A stretch of 64,000 nucleotides of DNA, taken from IMG/VR virus record IMGVR_UViG_3300050010_000596; one strand, given 5' to 3'. Under the pieces are notes generated by a model. It was not told where the DNA came from and ran no database searches. It worked only from the letters and a program-made list of their open reading frames with translations. This document shows positions 28,739-38,878 of this stretch, one piece after another. Every line of letters begins with the position of its first letter. Within the stretch, counting starts at the first letter, position 1. A program made the position numbers and the translations under genes. This DNA comes from an uncultured virus (IMG/VR IMGVR_UViG_3300050010_000596). Taxonomy: Duplodnaviria; Heunggongvirae; Uroviricota; Caudoviricetes.

Positions 28739-29393
28739 GTTTTTTCTCGTAAGGCTTGTGCGCTCGAACTGGTGTAGTTAATGCTCGTCGTACTGACCAC
28801 CCTTGTCGCAGGCGCGATTTGATCGTCGTGGCTGGGATGCCGGTACGTTCTTCCCATTCCATTGTCGTTCCCTTCTTTCCGCGAAATCGTAGCACAAGGT
28901 TATTCCGTTTGTTGCGCCCCTGCTTGCTCTGGTGCAACCAGACACAATTCGCAGGGCTGTACGGTCCGTTGTTACGTTTTCGCTCAATCGTATGCTCCGC
29001 CGAAGGTCTTCGACCCATGTCGGCCAAGAACGCGATAAACGATTTGAGCCAACGGTCACAGACCTTAATACCCCGGCCGCCGTAGTTTTTATAGCCGGTC
29101 GCGTTCGGGTCGGTGCATCGCTGAAGCATGTGATGCCAGGCGGAATACTCCGGTGAACGATACATACCGTGCTTGACCGCTGCTGTTCTCGCGAGATCGC
29201 TTCGCACATGCCCGCAACTGCGAACGCTACGAAGATCGTTGGCAAAGATTTCTACGATCCTTCCGCAACTGCAACGGTACCGCCAGACAGCCTGACGCTT
29301 TCCGCTACGTTCGCGAATGCCCACGAAATCTATAAGGGTCAACTCCCCAACAGTCTCCTCGGGAATTACCACGTTAGCCGGTGCGCTTACCAT
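28692..29393 (-). CDS. HNH homing endonuclease
   Basis: CSCG, RSCG, KHGM, YKNYGGRGIKVCDRW, TIERKRNNGPYSPANC. Confidence 0.88.
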   Translation of the reverse strand: MVSAPANVVIPEETVGELTLIDFVGIRERSGKRQAVWRYRCSCGRIVEIFANDLRSVRSCGHVRSDLARTAAVKHGMYRSPEYSAWHHMLQRCTDPNATGYKNYGGRGIKVCDRWLKSFIAFLADMGRRPSAEHTIERKRNNGPYSPANCVWLHQSKQGRNKRNNLVLRFRGKKGTTMEWEERTGIPATTIKSRLRQGWSVRRALTTPVRAHKPYEKKHVKRVVDGGATAEDQ

Positions 29394-29415
29394 GACAAAG
29401 TCTCCTGGTTTGATA

Positions 29416-30621
29416 TTACTCAGTATCGGCCAAGAGACGACGTTGGTCAAGGTCGAACTCCTTCCGCTTCTCGCGAATGGCCCCCTGCGGATCTTTGCAC
29501 TCCAGCAGGGTCTTGATATAGGCATGAACCTGGGGTTCCTTCACAGGATCGCAAACCAAGTCCAGGCAACCGACCAGGCCTTGTGAGGTGATCTTCTGTC
29601 GGGCGGCCTTCCGCTCCTCACGTTCCTGGGTGGGCGGCAGCTGAGCGTCGTCAAAGAGATGCCCCTTTTCCCCCACCGCCCGCTTGATCCGTCGATAGGC
29701 GTCAGAGATCAAGGGGTTGTACGGAACGATGATGATCGGCAGCCGCATGTTCTCCGGCAGGCCCATATCGTGGGCCTCGTCCCACGCCTTCTGGAGCTGC
29801 CCTTCGACCTCGCCAATAAAAGCCTCCAGGGCCTCGCCGTCCAGGATCGAAGGGGCCCGGAGCACGATCCGCGTCTTCAGCTCCACGCTCTCATAGGAGA
29901 GGTCGTCGTAGAGCCGATAGATGTGCTTCTGCGGCTCTTCGTTGATGGCCTGCATGCACGTCGAGCCAGGGGAGAGTACGGTCAGGTCCTGGCCCTGCTT
30001 GCCCTTGTAGATGTGCTGCTCATGGCTGTGGTAATCACCGATCACCAACAACGGCACGTACGGTACCTGCCCAAAGACCAGCTCCGGGATGCGGATGCTG
30101 CCCATCAGTTCGGAGACCTGGTGCATCACCAGCACCTGGGTGTCCTTGTACACCAGCTCCATGCAGGCCTCGATCTCCGCCGAGGGATGCCAGTCGAAGC
30201 CCTGCACAGTCAGCCCGCCCAGCGGCATACAACCTGTGTGCGTCTTAGGATCGTCCGCACACTTACGAAAGTCCAGCCACTCGGGCCAACGGTGTACCAT
30301 AGGCCACGGCCGCAGCTGGTGGTCGTGGTTGCCTTGCACGAACATGTAGGCGAGCTTCTCGCGCTGGAGACGGTCCATCTGCTGACAGAAGAACCCGATG
30401 GGGGCCTGTTCGTTGATGGCCTGGTCGTGCAAGTCGCCGCAGTCGATAATGGCCAAGTGTTCGTCGATGGCCATCGTCACAATCTGCTCGAAGCTGAAGT
30501 AGGCGTCCCCGCAAAGGGTTCGCCGGTCGGCCCAGGACCGATCCTGGAGGTGCTCATCCCCCGTGATCAGGGCTACCGGCTTGCGGGTGCTCGACGTCGT
30601 CTTGGTCTTCTTCTTGCTCAT
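29416..30621 (-). CDS. sbcD: SbcD/Mre11-like nuclease (gp47-like)
   Basis: DEH, GDL.D, GNHD, HQ, GDYH, SPGS. Confidence 0.9.
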   Translation of the reverse strand: MSKKKTKTTSSTRKPVALITGDEHLQDRSWADRRTLCGDAYFSFEQIVTMAIDEHLAIIDCGDLHDQAINEQAPIGFFCQQMDRLQREKLAYMFVQGNHDHQLRPWPMVHRWPEWLDFRKCADDPKTHTGCMPLGGLTVQGFDWHPSAEIEACMELVYKDTQVLVMHQVSELMGSIRIPELVFGQVPYVPLLVIGDYHSHEQHIYKGKQGQDLTVLSPGSTCMQAINEEPQKHIYRLYDDLSYESVELKTRIVLRAPSILDGEALEAFIGEVEGQLQKAWDEAHDMGLPENMRLPIIIVPYNPLISDAYRRIKRAVGEKGHLFDDAQLPPTQEREERKAARQKITSQGLVGCLDLVCDPVKEPQVHAYIKTLLECKDPQGAIREKRKEFDLDQRRLLADTE

Positions 30622-30991
30622 CGTCGTCCTCAATGGTTTCGAGTGCATCGTCATCGGTCGCCTCGGGAATGCCCAAGATGGTGACGATAGTCAGGTCGTC
30701 TACGATACGGGAGTCGGCGTCTTCCAGACAGGCTTGCATTCCTGCCAGCGAGTGGCTCATGCCGTAGGTGGCCAACAGCATCTCGCAAGTCCCTATGTGA
30801 TAGACAGCATAGCACGGCAGCGGGCTGTAGAACTCGCCCACCTTGAAGTCGCCGTACTCTTCAATGACGCCCGGCGTGGAGAGCACGGTCTTCAGTAAGC
30901 GGTCCATCGCGCAGGCAATGGACTCGGGGTCGGTGATCGTCGGATCGTACTCGACCGTAGTAGTTAAGAGGGCTTTGGCGGTGTTAGGCAT
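30554..30991 (-). CDS. hypothetical protein
   Basis: MPNTAKALL... Confidence 0.55.
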   Translation of the reverse strand: MPNTAKALLTTTVEYDPTITDPESIACAMDRLLKTVLSTPGVIEEYGDFKVGEFYSPLPCYAVYHIGTCEMLLATYGMSHSLAGMQACLEDADSRIVDDLTIVTILGIPEATDDDALETIEDDDEQEEDQDDVEHPQAGSPDHGG

Positions 30992-31317
30992 GTGGATATT
31001 TTCTCGGCGGGAAAAGGAACCTGCGGTCCCGGTAGCCAGAGGTGCTCGATTCCCGCATCGTTCAAGAAGTAGCAGGGCTTCCCCTGGAATGTCGAGCGGT
31101 AGAAACACACCTTGGTCCGAGCCCGCTTGAGGAGTGGCCCCTTGCTGGGGTCCGTAGCATACCCGTGTTTCGTCGCCCAGGCCAGCAGGTCGGCACAGTG
31201 CCGGAACATGACCATGTAGCTGACGGGCACGGCCTCTGCAAGCATTGCTTGCAACGCATACATGTCGCGGCGAGAGAAATCGACACTCGCCCGTGCGTAG
31301 AAGAATTTCGTAGGCAC
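30964..31317 (-). CDS. hypothetical protein
   Basis: 117 aa following palindrome. Confidence 0.6.
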   Translation of the reverse strand: MPTKFFYARASVDFSRRDMYALQAMLAEAVPVSYMVMFRHCADLLAWATKHGYATDPSKGPLLKRARTKVCFYRSTFQGKPCYFLNDAGIEHLWLPGPQVPFPAEKISTCLTPPKPS

Positions 31318-31329
31318 GATGGTTAGTCA

Positions 31330-31343
31330 CTTAAAGGTTTAAG
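31330..31343. promoter_or_regulatory. palindromic motif, copy 4
   Basis: CTTAAAGGTTTAAG. Confidence 0.7.
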
Positions 31344-31657
31344 GCGAAGTCACGTTGCGGACTGGTCGCCGACGGCGCTGATGGCCGCCCCCCAATGCGA
31401 AATGGGAATTATACGGATACCACCCTCCCGGTCGCGATTCTTGCTGCACGTCGGACAAGTCCTGATGCCGCAGCGGTCGGGAGAGTCGAAGAATTGATAG
31501 CAACGCAGGCAGCGTACGCGGCCTGGTTTGATAATTACGATGTCGAGGTTGTCCATAGGCGTGGTCCATCACGGCGAACAACGCGGAGCGATCCATGCCC
31601 GCGTTGACGCCGATGATAGCCAGTCCAGGCCCAGATGACAACGGCAATGCGATTGTG

Positions 31658-32134
31658 TTACTCATCCAACTCGTGCAGAACCGGATGACAATCGTCGCAA
31701 AGTTTGGCGTCTGGCGGCTGCCCGGACACCCGCTGCCCGCACGACCAACAGAACCATTCGCTCAAACGATATTCGGTATACTCCGGGGTACCCTCACTAC
31801 GCCGTTCGACCAAATGGTCGCAGAACATGCTCACCAGGGCCTCCCGCAACAGGAGCTTAGTGCCCTCTAGCAGCTGGGTATCCATATCGAGCCGCCGACG
31901 ATCTGCCTGCGAACTTTCCGACCGGGTGTCCTTCACCCCGCGATGGTCGCCCACGATGAATGCCCGCGCCGCCATCTCGGGAGGAATCGCGTCTCGGACT
32001 TGGACTGCCAGCTCCCGAACGGGATGCCACTGGCGATCCCGCAAAAGGATGCGCAAGTTGGGCCGACTCAGTACAGCAATCGTGATACCGGCACGGGCCG
32101 CACGTCGCGGCCCTGTGGCTCTTTGACGAGGCAT
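31658..32134 (-). CDS. hypothetical protein (wHTH-like plus C-terminal CxxC pairs)
   Basis: CWSCG...CDDC. Confidence 0.6.
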   Translation of the reverse strand: MPRQRATGPRRAARAGITIAVLSRPNLRILLRDRQWHPVRELAVQVRDAIPPEMAARAFIVGDHRGVKDTRSESSQADRRRLDMDTQLLEGTKLLLREALVSMFCDHLVERRSEGTPEYTEYRLSEWFCWSCGQRVSGQPPDAKLCDDCHPVLHELDE

Positions 32135-32139
32135 AGTAA

Positions 32140-33176
32140 CTACTTTCCTTTCTGGCGGGACTCGTGAAACAATACGTTGAGATGCTTAAATGCAGCCTTC
32201 CACAACTCGCCCAAGTCGTGACGGTCGTGTGCATTAGTGACGCCCAATGCGGCCAAGCTGGGGTAAGGCTTGCCTTTGCAGCCGGTCAGCAACAGCCGGT
32301 TCAGACTCTGTACCGCGATGTACAGCTTCGTACGGGGAGCTTTGACATGACCCTTGGCGTTGGTACTGGTCTTGGCTGCGGTAGTCTGCCGCTGCTCACG
32401 ACGCAGATCTTCAGCCCATCGAGCCAGAATCTTGCTACCATCCGCGTCGGAGCCCGAAGCGCGAATCTCATCTACCATGGCGGTAGCGCGGCCAACAGGC
32501 ATCCGATAGGTCAGCACCAGTTCAGCTGCGCCCTTCAACAGTGGCTTGCTGTAATTCAACTGGTCGAGCTTCACTGCGGTCTTGGTAACGATCCGGGACT
32601 CGTCCAGCCCGAGCGACCGCAACACATCGCGGGCTCGGTTGACTCGTAGAATGTCGGTGACCATGGCCTCACGAAGGCCAAAGCGTGGAGCGGTCTGCGC
32701 TGCCGAAAGGTGATACGTCTGCATAATGTAAATGCACTGACGGATCGAATGCTCCTTGGGCTGACGCCAGCCGATGGTTGCATTGTTAGACCGCGAAAAC
32801 AGATCGAACAGCAGAGGATCTTCCGTTTCCAGCACGTACGCCAAAATCTTGGCGTCCTCGGGAAGAACATCTCCCCAATCCACCAAGCCGCCGTAGCAGC
32901 CACCCGGTTGTTTCCGGCCAGCACCAGATACAGCCCGCTCTTCAGTCGCCGTACCACTATGGCAGGAAAAGCTGAGCCCTGCGACATCGCGCAGGCGTAC
33001 TCCAGCACGTGCTCCTGGGAAATTTGCAGACCGATCCGGGCGTTATTATGCTCGCTCGACTCCCGGTCGATTTGGCCCAAACCGATCAGACACTGGGTCC
33101 ACTTCACGGTCGGGTCGATACCACGCAATTGGCGTTCCGCCGATTCGTCGCTCACCCATTGTAATTCAACTGACAT
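32140..33176 (-). CDS. ParB/Srx-like protein with HTH, frameshift near 32888
   Basis: FPAIVV...YLVLAGNNRVAA, then continues LVDWGD in the 32140 frame. Confidence 0.65.
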
Positions 33177-33199
33177 TACCTAGTCCCTCCATGTAAAGA

Positions 33200-33427
33200 T
33201 CAATGGACCCAACCGGAAACGCCACGCTTCCAGTTCTTCAGGGCCTTCTCTTGCTTGGTGGAACAGCGTCCGGTCTTGGTGATGGTTTCATCCATGTCCG
33301 CCACGCGGGCCCGGATGTCTTCCATGTCGAAGCCACACTCCTCAGCCCGCGACTTGGTCACCGAGTCGATTTCGTCGATGGTGTCGCAGATCTCGCTGGC
33401 CAGTTCGCTAGCCTCTTCGCTTGTCAT
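33200..33427 (-). CDS. small hypothetical protein
   Basis: GGAGG RBS. Confidence 0.7.
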   Translation of the reverse strand: MTSEEASELASEICDTIDEIDSVTKSRAEECGFDMEDIRARVADMDETITKTGRCSTKQEKALKNWKRGVSGWVH

Positions 33428-33436
33428 GGTTTCCTC

Positions 33437-33760
33437 CTAGTTCAGTTCGTGCTGCTGGAGCTTGCCCGTCTGGAGTTCGCCGGAGGGTGGTGCTACCTGC
33501 TTCAGCGTGGCGGCGTAGGCGTCCAGCGCCGCAGACGACCCGGTAATCCATACCCGCGTGCCTCGGCACTTGGGACACCGCTGTGCGTGTACCGTGCAAC
33601 CCACAGGGGCCTCGCCAGGAATGCTGCCCAGCTCAACCCATTCGTGTTCGCACGTCAGCAGTTGTTGGGCTATCGCTGCTACATCGGCCTCGGCGGCCAC
33701 GAACCCCGCGAATATCGGTGTGGAAGCAAAAGTGCCGTCCGGTTGACGTTGCAAGAACAT
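33437..33760 (-). CDS. hypothetical protein
   Basis: CEH...CPKC. Confidence 0.6.
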   Translation of the reverse strand: MFLQRQPDGTFASTPIFAGFVAAEADVAAIAQQLLTCEHEWVELGSIPGEAPVGCTVHAQRCPKCRGTRVWITGSSAALDAYAATLKQVAPPSGELQTGKLQQHELN

Positions 33761-33762
33761 GG

Positions 33763-34923
33763 TCAATCCTCTCGGACTTGTTTGGCCACCGGCTGGAAAG
33801 GCACCGGCTCCTCGGTCTTAGTGTAACCCGCGTATTTCAGTTCGACCTGCTTGCCGATGAACTGATTGGGTCGCTTGAGGATGTTGTACTTCTGGAGGAT
33901 AGTCCCCGGTGCCGTGACCGTGAAGCGGTGCCCGTTCTTGGTCTTGCAGACGAACACCGCCACTTGAACGTGCTTGACTTTGCCGGTGACCGGATCGACC
34001 AGATTGAAAGTCCCTTCGCTGGCAATCACGTTGAGAATCGTGAACTCGGCGTCCTGGAAGGTCTTCACCTTCAACAGGCTGGAAGAACGCTTACCGGCCT
34101 CGTAGCCGGTCATGCCCCAGCGGAGCATCGCCCCCTCGAAGCCCTGTTCGATGCACTCCCGCTGGAACTTCATCAGCTCCGCGTCGTTCATCACCCGGAT
34201 CGTCTCCACCAAGGCGATGCTGTCCTTGGGAGCCGCGACCCAATCCCCCAACCGCTCGTTAAGATCACTGATCCGCTCATAGAACGGGGCGTCGATCATC
34301 TGGTCATAGACCCGGAAGGAGACCTTCTCGGTCTCGCTGTCCGGCTTCTTCCGCCGCAACAAGCCACTGAGATTCGTCACGTGCATGCCGTGGATGTAGG
34401 CTTCCCCGTCGAAGGTCTCACCATTCCGCAACAAGCCCTGCAACCCATCAACAACCTGCGGCAGGGAAAAGATTTGGACACCCTTGCGGCTCCAGAGCGT
34501 GATCTTCTTGCCCTCACAGCGGGCATCCATCCGGTCCCCGTCCAACTTGGGCTGGGCCATGGCCTTCTTCCAGTCCACCTTCTTGAAGTTCTTCTCGTAG
34601 ACCTGGGCCAGCATCGGTGCCAAGGCCCGCCTGGTGGCCGACTCGTCGGCAGCCACATCTTCACCATAGTGATGCCGATCGCGCTTCTTCTCCCAGCGCG
34701 ACGTTGCTTCGGCAACCGCCTGCTGAAAGGCTGTGGTGGCATTCTTCCGCCCGAGATTCTTCCCTTCGGTAATGTCTTCCTGGTACTGCTGCTTCTTGCC
34801 ATCGACCTGCCCCTGGGTAATTACGATGGTGCCAGTGTCGTCCTTGTTCTTGCGGACGGCAATGGCCCATTGTTGAATCGCCCCGGCCGAGGTTCGCTTG
34901 TACAACGGTGGGAATGTTCGCAT
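33763..34923 (-). CDS. lig: ATP-dependent DNA ligase with N-terminal WGR-like domain
   Basis: PMLA, QPKLDG.R, FDGE, EGAMLR, LLKVK, OB tail. Confidence 0.92.
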   Translation of the reverse strand: MRTFPPLYKRTSAGAIQQWAIAVRKNKDDTGTIVITQGQVDGKKQQYQEDITEGKNLGRKNATTAFQQAVAEATSRWEKKRDRHHYGEDVAADESATRRALAPMLAQVYEKNFKKVDWKKAMAQPKLDGDRMDARCEGKKITLWSRKGVQIFSLPQVVDGLQGLLRNGETFDGEAYIHGMHVTNLSGLLRRKKPDSETEKVSFRVYDQMIDAPFYERISDLNERLGDWVAAPKDSIALVETIRVMNDAELMKFQRECIEQGFEGAMLRWGMTGYEAGKRSSSLLKVKTFQDAEFTILNVIASEGTFNLVDPVTGKVKHVQVAVFVCKTKNGHRFTVTAPGTILQKYNILKRPNQFIGKQVELKYAGYTKTEEPVPFQPVAKQVRED

Positions 34924-34933
34924 GGTTGTTCCT

Positions 34934-35326
34934 TTAGTCACCGAAAATGTTGTGGCCCCGATACGGCTCGAAGGCCTTGTCGATCTCTTCTGCCAGCCCG
35001 CTGAGCTTGGTATGCTCTTCGCGATGACGGCGAGCCAGCGTCAGCATGGTGGCCCAGTCCTGGGCCAAGGCCTCGCTGGCAAATTTCAGGTAGACCTCGC
35101 GGCCCCCGCAACCATGGCCACTGGGAAGGTACATCTGCCTACGTTCCAGCTTGCCATAGGTATTCGTGGTCGCAGGCTCTGGCGCGCACACATACCAGAC
35201 AAGGCTCCGTGATGCGCCGAGCATGTCGCCCGATTCCCAGTAGGGCACCGCAGCATAGCAGTCGGGATGAGCCACGTAAATAGCTTGACGAAGCTCCTCG
35301 ACCCGCGCAGTGACCTTCTTATCCAC
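34934..35326 (-). CDS. hypothetical protein
   Basis: GTG start overlapping upstream stop. Confidence 0.55.
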   Translation of the reverse strand: MDKKVTARVEELRQAIYVAHPDCYAAVPYWESGDMLGASRSLVWYVCAPEPATTNTYGKLERRQMYLPSGHGCGGREVYLKFASEALAQDWATMLTLARRHREEHTKLSGLAEEIDKAFEPYRGHNIFGD

Positions 35327-35537
35327 CCGCCGCCAGCCCTGCTGTCTCTCTCTCTCTCTCTTCGAAGGCCTTCTGCCGCTCGGCCGCCTCGGCGGCCTCT
35401 TTCTCTTTGCGACGGACGTAGACGATAGGAGGCACATGGAAGGCGTTAGCTGCTGCCAGATCCGTGGTCTGCCGATCCGCCTGGAACTTGAGGATCTCAC
35501 GGTACAGTTCGTCAGTGAGTTCGATCTTCTTGCCCAC
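35319..35537 (-). CDS. small hypothetical protein
   Basis: AAGGAGG RBS. Confidence 0.65.
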   Translation of the reverse strand: MGKKIELTDELYREILKFQADRQTTDLAAANAFHVPPIVYVRRKEKEAAEAAERQKAFEERERETAGLAAGG

Positions 35538-35546
35538 GGGACCTCC

Positions 35547-35768
35547 TTAGTCAGGAATCTTGCTACCGAAAACCTTGGCCCAGTCTTCCATGGCGGCGGC
35601 GCATTCGAGGGCCTCGCGAATCTTAGGCCTGTTGCTGTCACACAGTTTCAGCATCTGGGCCCACAGGTTCACCAAGATCGGGGCGAACTGGTCTTGGGCC
35701 CGCAGCACGAAAATCGGCTCGTCGTCGTACACCTTCTTCAACGTCGGGCAGTTATTCTTCAACGCCAT
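35547..35768 (-). CDS. small conserved-looking phage protein
   Basis: DEPIFVLRAQD.FAP..V..W. Confidence 0.7.
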   Translation of the reverse strand: MALKNNCPTLKKVYDDEPIFVLRAQDQFAPILVNLWAQMLKLCDSNRPKIREALECAAAMEDWAKVFGSKIPD

Positions 35769-36577
35769 CTGCTTGTCTCCTTTTCCTTGATGTTGCCCCA
35801 GGCCCAATAACCTGGCTGCTCGAAAATCTTCTCTTGTGCGGGGGTCAGGTAGCAGGGGAAGCTATCCCAAATGTCGTACAGGTAACGAGTCCCTTCGCCG
35901 TGCTGGCCCAGTTCCTGAAAGGCGTCCCCGTGGATGACCTTGATCGGCTTATGGTAGCGAGCGGCCAGCTCTACGCAAAGGGCCCAGCCATACCAATCGA
36001 GCAGTTCCTTACTGATCTCCACCACAATCACTTCCGTGACACTGGGCTTCCGCAGGATCTTCTCCAAGAAGTAGCCCATCCCCAGGCCGCCCACCACGCA
36101 CTTTCCCTTGGCCAACTTGATGCCTTGTCGTGCGGACAAGACTTCGGCCGGAGTCAGGCTCATCCAGACGCCGTGGTTGTCCGGTATCGACCACTTGACC
36201 AGGGTGGGAATCGCCACATCAGTGGTGAAGCACACCTTGCCTCGTTTCTGTCCCTGCCACAGGTCCAGCCTACGACCTGCGGGCAGCAACGAGTTGTAGT
36301 AGCCGAACGTCTTCTCGGTGTTGAGACGCACCTTGCGTTGGTCCTTGTGCCAGTTCAGGACGTTCAGCGGCAGATCGTCGAACAGTGGTCGCGGCTGGAA
36401 AGTGGTACCATCGAGCACAAGCATCTTGTCGAATTTCGTCTTGTCCTCGTCCCAAGGGACGCTCGCCCCCTTGATGAGCCGCTGCTCGTATTCGCGTTCC
36501 CGCCGCTCGTGAGCCGCGCGATGTTTGGGGGACATGAACCCCAACACAATACCGGCCATGAATTCACGTTCGCTCAT
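35759..36577 (-). CDS. class I SAM-methyltransferase/spermidine-synthase-like protein
   Basis: VVGGLGMGY, VVEIS, IHGDAF, YDIW. Confidence 0.7.
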   Translation of the reverse strand: MSEREFMAGIVLGFMSPKHRAAHERREREYEQRLIKGASVPWDEDKTKFDKMLVLDGTTFQPRPLFDDLPLNVLNWHKDQRKVRLNTEKTFGYYNSLLPAGRRLDLWQGQKRGKVCFTTDVAIPTLVKWSIPDNHGVWMSLTPAEVLSARQGIKLAKGKCVVGGLGMGYFLEKILRKPSVTEVIVVEISKELLDWYGWALCVELAARYHKPIKVIHGDAFQELGQHGEGTRYLYDIWDSFPCYLTPAQEKIFEQPGYWAWGNIKEKETSRWR

Positions 36578-36584
36578 AGTTCCC

Positions 36585-36959
36585 TCAACTGGTGAGTGTT
36601 GCAATACGGTCATAGTTCGACACGGCGGACGCAGGAATCCCCGCGTCTGCCAAGTCGATCACTGGAATCGTGGGCAGCTTCAAACGCCTTGCCGCCCAGA
36701 CCCGGTGACAGCCGTCGATCCACACGCGACCAACAACCAACACAGGTGGCAAGATCCCCTGCCGCATCGGCTCCACATAGGGCATGAACTCGCTGCGGAT
36801 GAACGCATCTGGGTTTCGCTCGCACGGCAAGACTGGAAACCGCCGCAGCGAGAATTGGTGCACCGGCAGAGGCCGGTCGTCCAGATCGTAGCGATCTACA
36901 ATGTCAGCAGCTACTTGCTGCATATCGACAGGCAGGTCACGAAACAGGATCTGTTTCAT
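36585..36959 (-). CDS. small ParB/Srx-like protein
   Basis: LPPVLV....IDGCHRVWAA..L....IPV. Confidence 0.7.
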   Translation of the reverse strand: MKQILFRDLPVDMQQVAADIVDRYDLDDRPLPVHQFSLRRFPVLPCERNPDAFIRSEFMPYVEPMRQGILPPVLVVGRVWIDGCHRVWAARRLKLPTIPVIDLADAGIPASAVSNYDRIATLTS

Positions 36960-37353
36960 CGGCCTCCTCGTCCGCTGGAGCAATGATTTCGTAACACCCC
37001 GTCTCGACCTTGAAGCCCAGGGTTTCCAGGATGGTGCTCGCTAGCTCGTCCGGGAAGCAATCTTCGCAGTCATCGACAGGGTCCATCTCACTCAACCGTC
37101 GCAGCAGCACCGGCAGGCTTTCGAGGCTGACCTGACAATGCAGGCCCGCAATGGCCGCATACTCGGCTAGCGGATCACACTGCCACTCGTACTTGTCGCC
37201 CCGCTCGGGATAGAAACAGGCCTCCAGGTGGGCGTCGATACCCGCGTTGACGGCCAGCTCGACCACCTTAGCATCGTCGCCCCGCAGGACCATCTCGTAC
37301 GGCTCGCCCTTCATCTTCTCGCGGATCATCGAATAGGTGATCTTGGTAGGCAT
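36937..37353 (-). CDS. hypothetical protein
   Basis: AVNAGIDAHLEA. Confidence 0.65.
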   Translation of the reverse strand: MPTKITYSMIREKMKGEPYEMVLRGDDAKVVELAVNAGIDAHLEACFYPERGDKYEWQCDPLAEYAAIAGLHCQVSLESLPVLLRRLSEMDPVDDCEDCFPDELASTILETLGFKVETGCYEIIAPADEEADETDPVS

Positions 37354-38006
37354 CACAATGCTCCGGTTACAGGGGTCGTCGGTTTCGGCGTCTTGCCCAG
37401 CTCCTTGCTCCAATGCTTCTCGACCCGGTCCTCGGGTGCGAGCAGCGCGTCTTGCAGTACGACCTCCGTGCCGTCCTTGAGAATCACCACGTTGTACCAA
37501 CGCGGGCGACCATGTCCGCTCTCGCCAGTCGGAGCGAAGAAGGGGTTGCTAACCGAGGGGATATTGCGATGCTGTGAGTTGGGCCCCATCCGCATCCGCC
37601 GCAACGTACAGCGGTGCAGCTTGTCGGGATTGAAGCGGAACGACGCCACAGTGTCGGGATCAATCCCCAACTCCTCCACGTCCTGGTACAGCTCCAACGT
37701 CGCCAGCAAGATCGCTTTCGCCTGGAGCTTCACCTGAACCTGTTCGATCAGCTCCCGCTTGCGGATCAGGAACGCGGCGGCGGGCCCTGCGGGGACGTCC
37801 ACCACGATGCGTTCCAGCTCGACGTTCTGGAATCCGTCCTGCTCCAAGTGCCGTTTGACGTTATGAGCCGCCGCCTCGGACATGATTGTGGCAGCCTCCC
37901 AACCCGCAGACGCATAGAAATTGCTGCCTTCTCGCTTCGTAGTGTAATAGCCGTCATTGAACTTCACCCGGTAGCGGTCCATCGGGTTGTCGTTGTTGGG
38001 CTCCAT
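37353..38006 (-). CDS. hypothetical protein
   Basis: GGAGG RBS. Confidence 0.65.
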   Translation of the reverse strand: MEPNNDNPMDRYRVKFNDGYYTTKREGSNFYASAGWEAATIMSEAAAHNVKRHLEQDGFQNVELERIVVDVPAGPAAAFLIRKRELIEQVQVKLQAKAILLATLELYQDVEELGIDPDTVASFRFNPDKLHRCTLRRMRMGPNSQHRNIPSVSNPFFAPTGESGHGRPRWYNVVILKDGTEVVLQDALLAPEDRVEKHWSKELGKTPKPTTPVTGAL

Positions 38007-38313
38007 CTTCCTCCCTCCGAATCGTGAGCACATGATAATAGTAATGGAACGCATCTTCGTTGGGATAGATTCGCAGCTCGCCGTCGTGCCACCTCACTGA
38101 AGAAGCACCGTGAGCGTTGAGCACGATATGCCCCACCACGCCCGCCAGGTACACCTGCAACAGCATCCCAATAACCTGGTGCGTGCGTACGAACTCCCGC
38201 TTGCCGTTGTTTTCCAGGTCATGGTGGATGCTGTACATCACCACCGACTCGGGCCCATACAATGGCGAGACTTCAACAGGGCACGAGATATTGTGAACGT
38301 CACGCCTGGCCAT
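37954..38313 (-). CDS. hypothetical protein
   Basis: GGAGG RBS. Confidence 0.55.
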   Translation of the reverse strand: MARRDVHNISCPVEVSPLYGPESVVMYSIHHDLENNGKREFVRTHQVIGMLLQVYLAGVVGHIVLNAHGASSVRWHDGELRIYPNEDAFHYYYHVLTIRREEDGAQQRQPDGPLPGEVQ

Positions 38314-38878
38314 TGGACGGAGCCTCCGGTTGATCCGGCGTCCGCTCCGTCGCCAGTCGGATCTGTTCGGTGATGTTCTCCAGGATGCCCTCCAAGGCCG
38401 CCTGGGACATGGCAAAAGCTGTCTCCAGATCTTCCTCGTTGTTCCCCAAGGCCACCTGGGCCTGGGCGCAGATCAACCGCAGGTTCTGCATCAGTCGGGA
38501 CAGGACCTGGCCGGGGGAAAGCACATCGACCCCTATACGGACGTGTGGTACACGGTACTCAGCAGGCAGCGATCCGTACAACTCGGGCGTGGTCCAGGCG
38601 TTGGCCAGCGGGCCAATCTTACCACTGTTGAGAATGCTCTTCTTCTCCCCCGCCATCACAAAGTAGCCCAACGCCGCCAGCTCAGTCAGACGCTTTGCGA
38701 CGGCCCGACTGGTGTCGTGCACCTGATCGGCGATCTCCGGCTCCGTGGTTCGCGGGTCGTTGATGTTTCTTTGCAGCAGGTGGAGGGCTGCTTGGAAGCA
38801 GCTGATCCGCGCCACCTCGCTGGCGTTGTTCTGTTTGAAGTCTTCGTACGCTTCGTCGCTTGTTCTGCTTCTTGCCAT
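38300..38878 (-). CDS. hypothetical protein with HTH-like segment
   Basis: TEPEIADQV.....AVAKRLTEL. Confidence 0.55.
   Translation of the reverse strand: MARSRTSDEAYEDFKQNNASEVARISCFQAALHLLQRNINDPRTTEPEIADQVHDTSRAVAKRLTELAALGYFVMAGEKKSILNSGKIGPLANAWTTPELYGSLPAEYRVPHVRIGVDVLSPGQVLSRLMQNLRLICAQAQVALGNNEEDLETAFAMSQAALEGILENITEQIRLATERTPDQPEAPSNGQA

Noticed and set aside
35345..35360. (TC)8 tract as a phase-variation switch
   Set aside because: Short, and simply encodes ERERE in a charged helix; no supporting evidence
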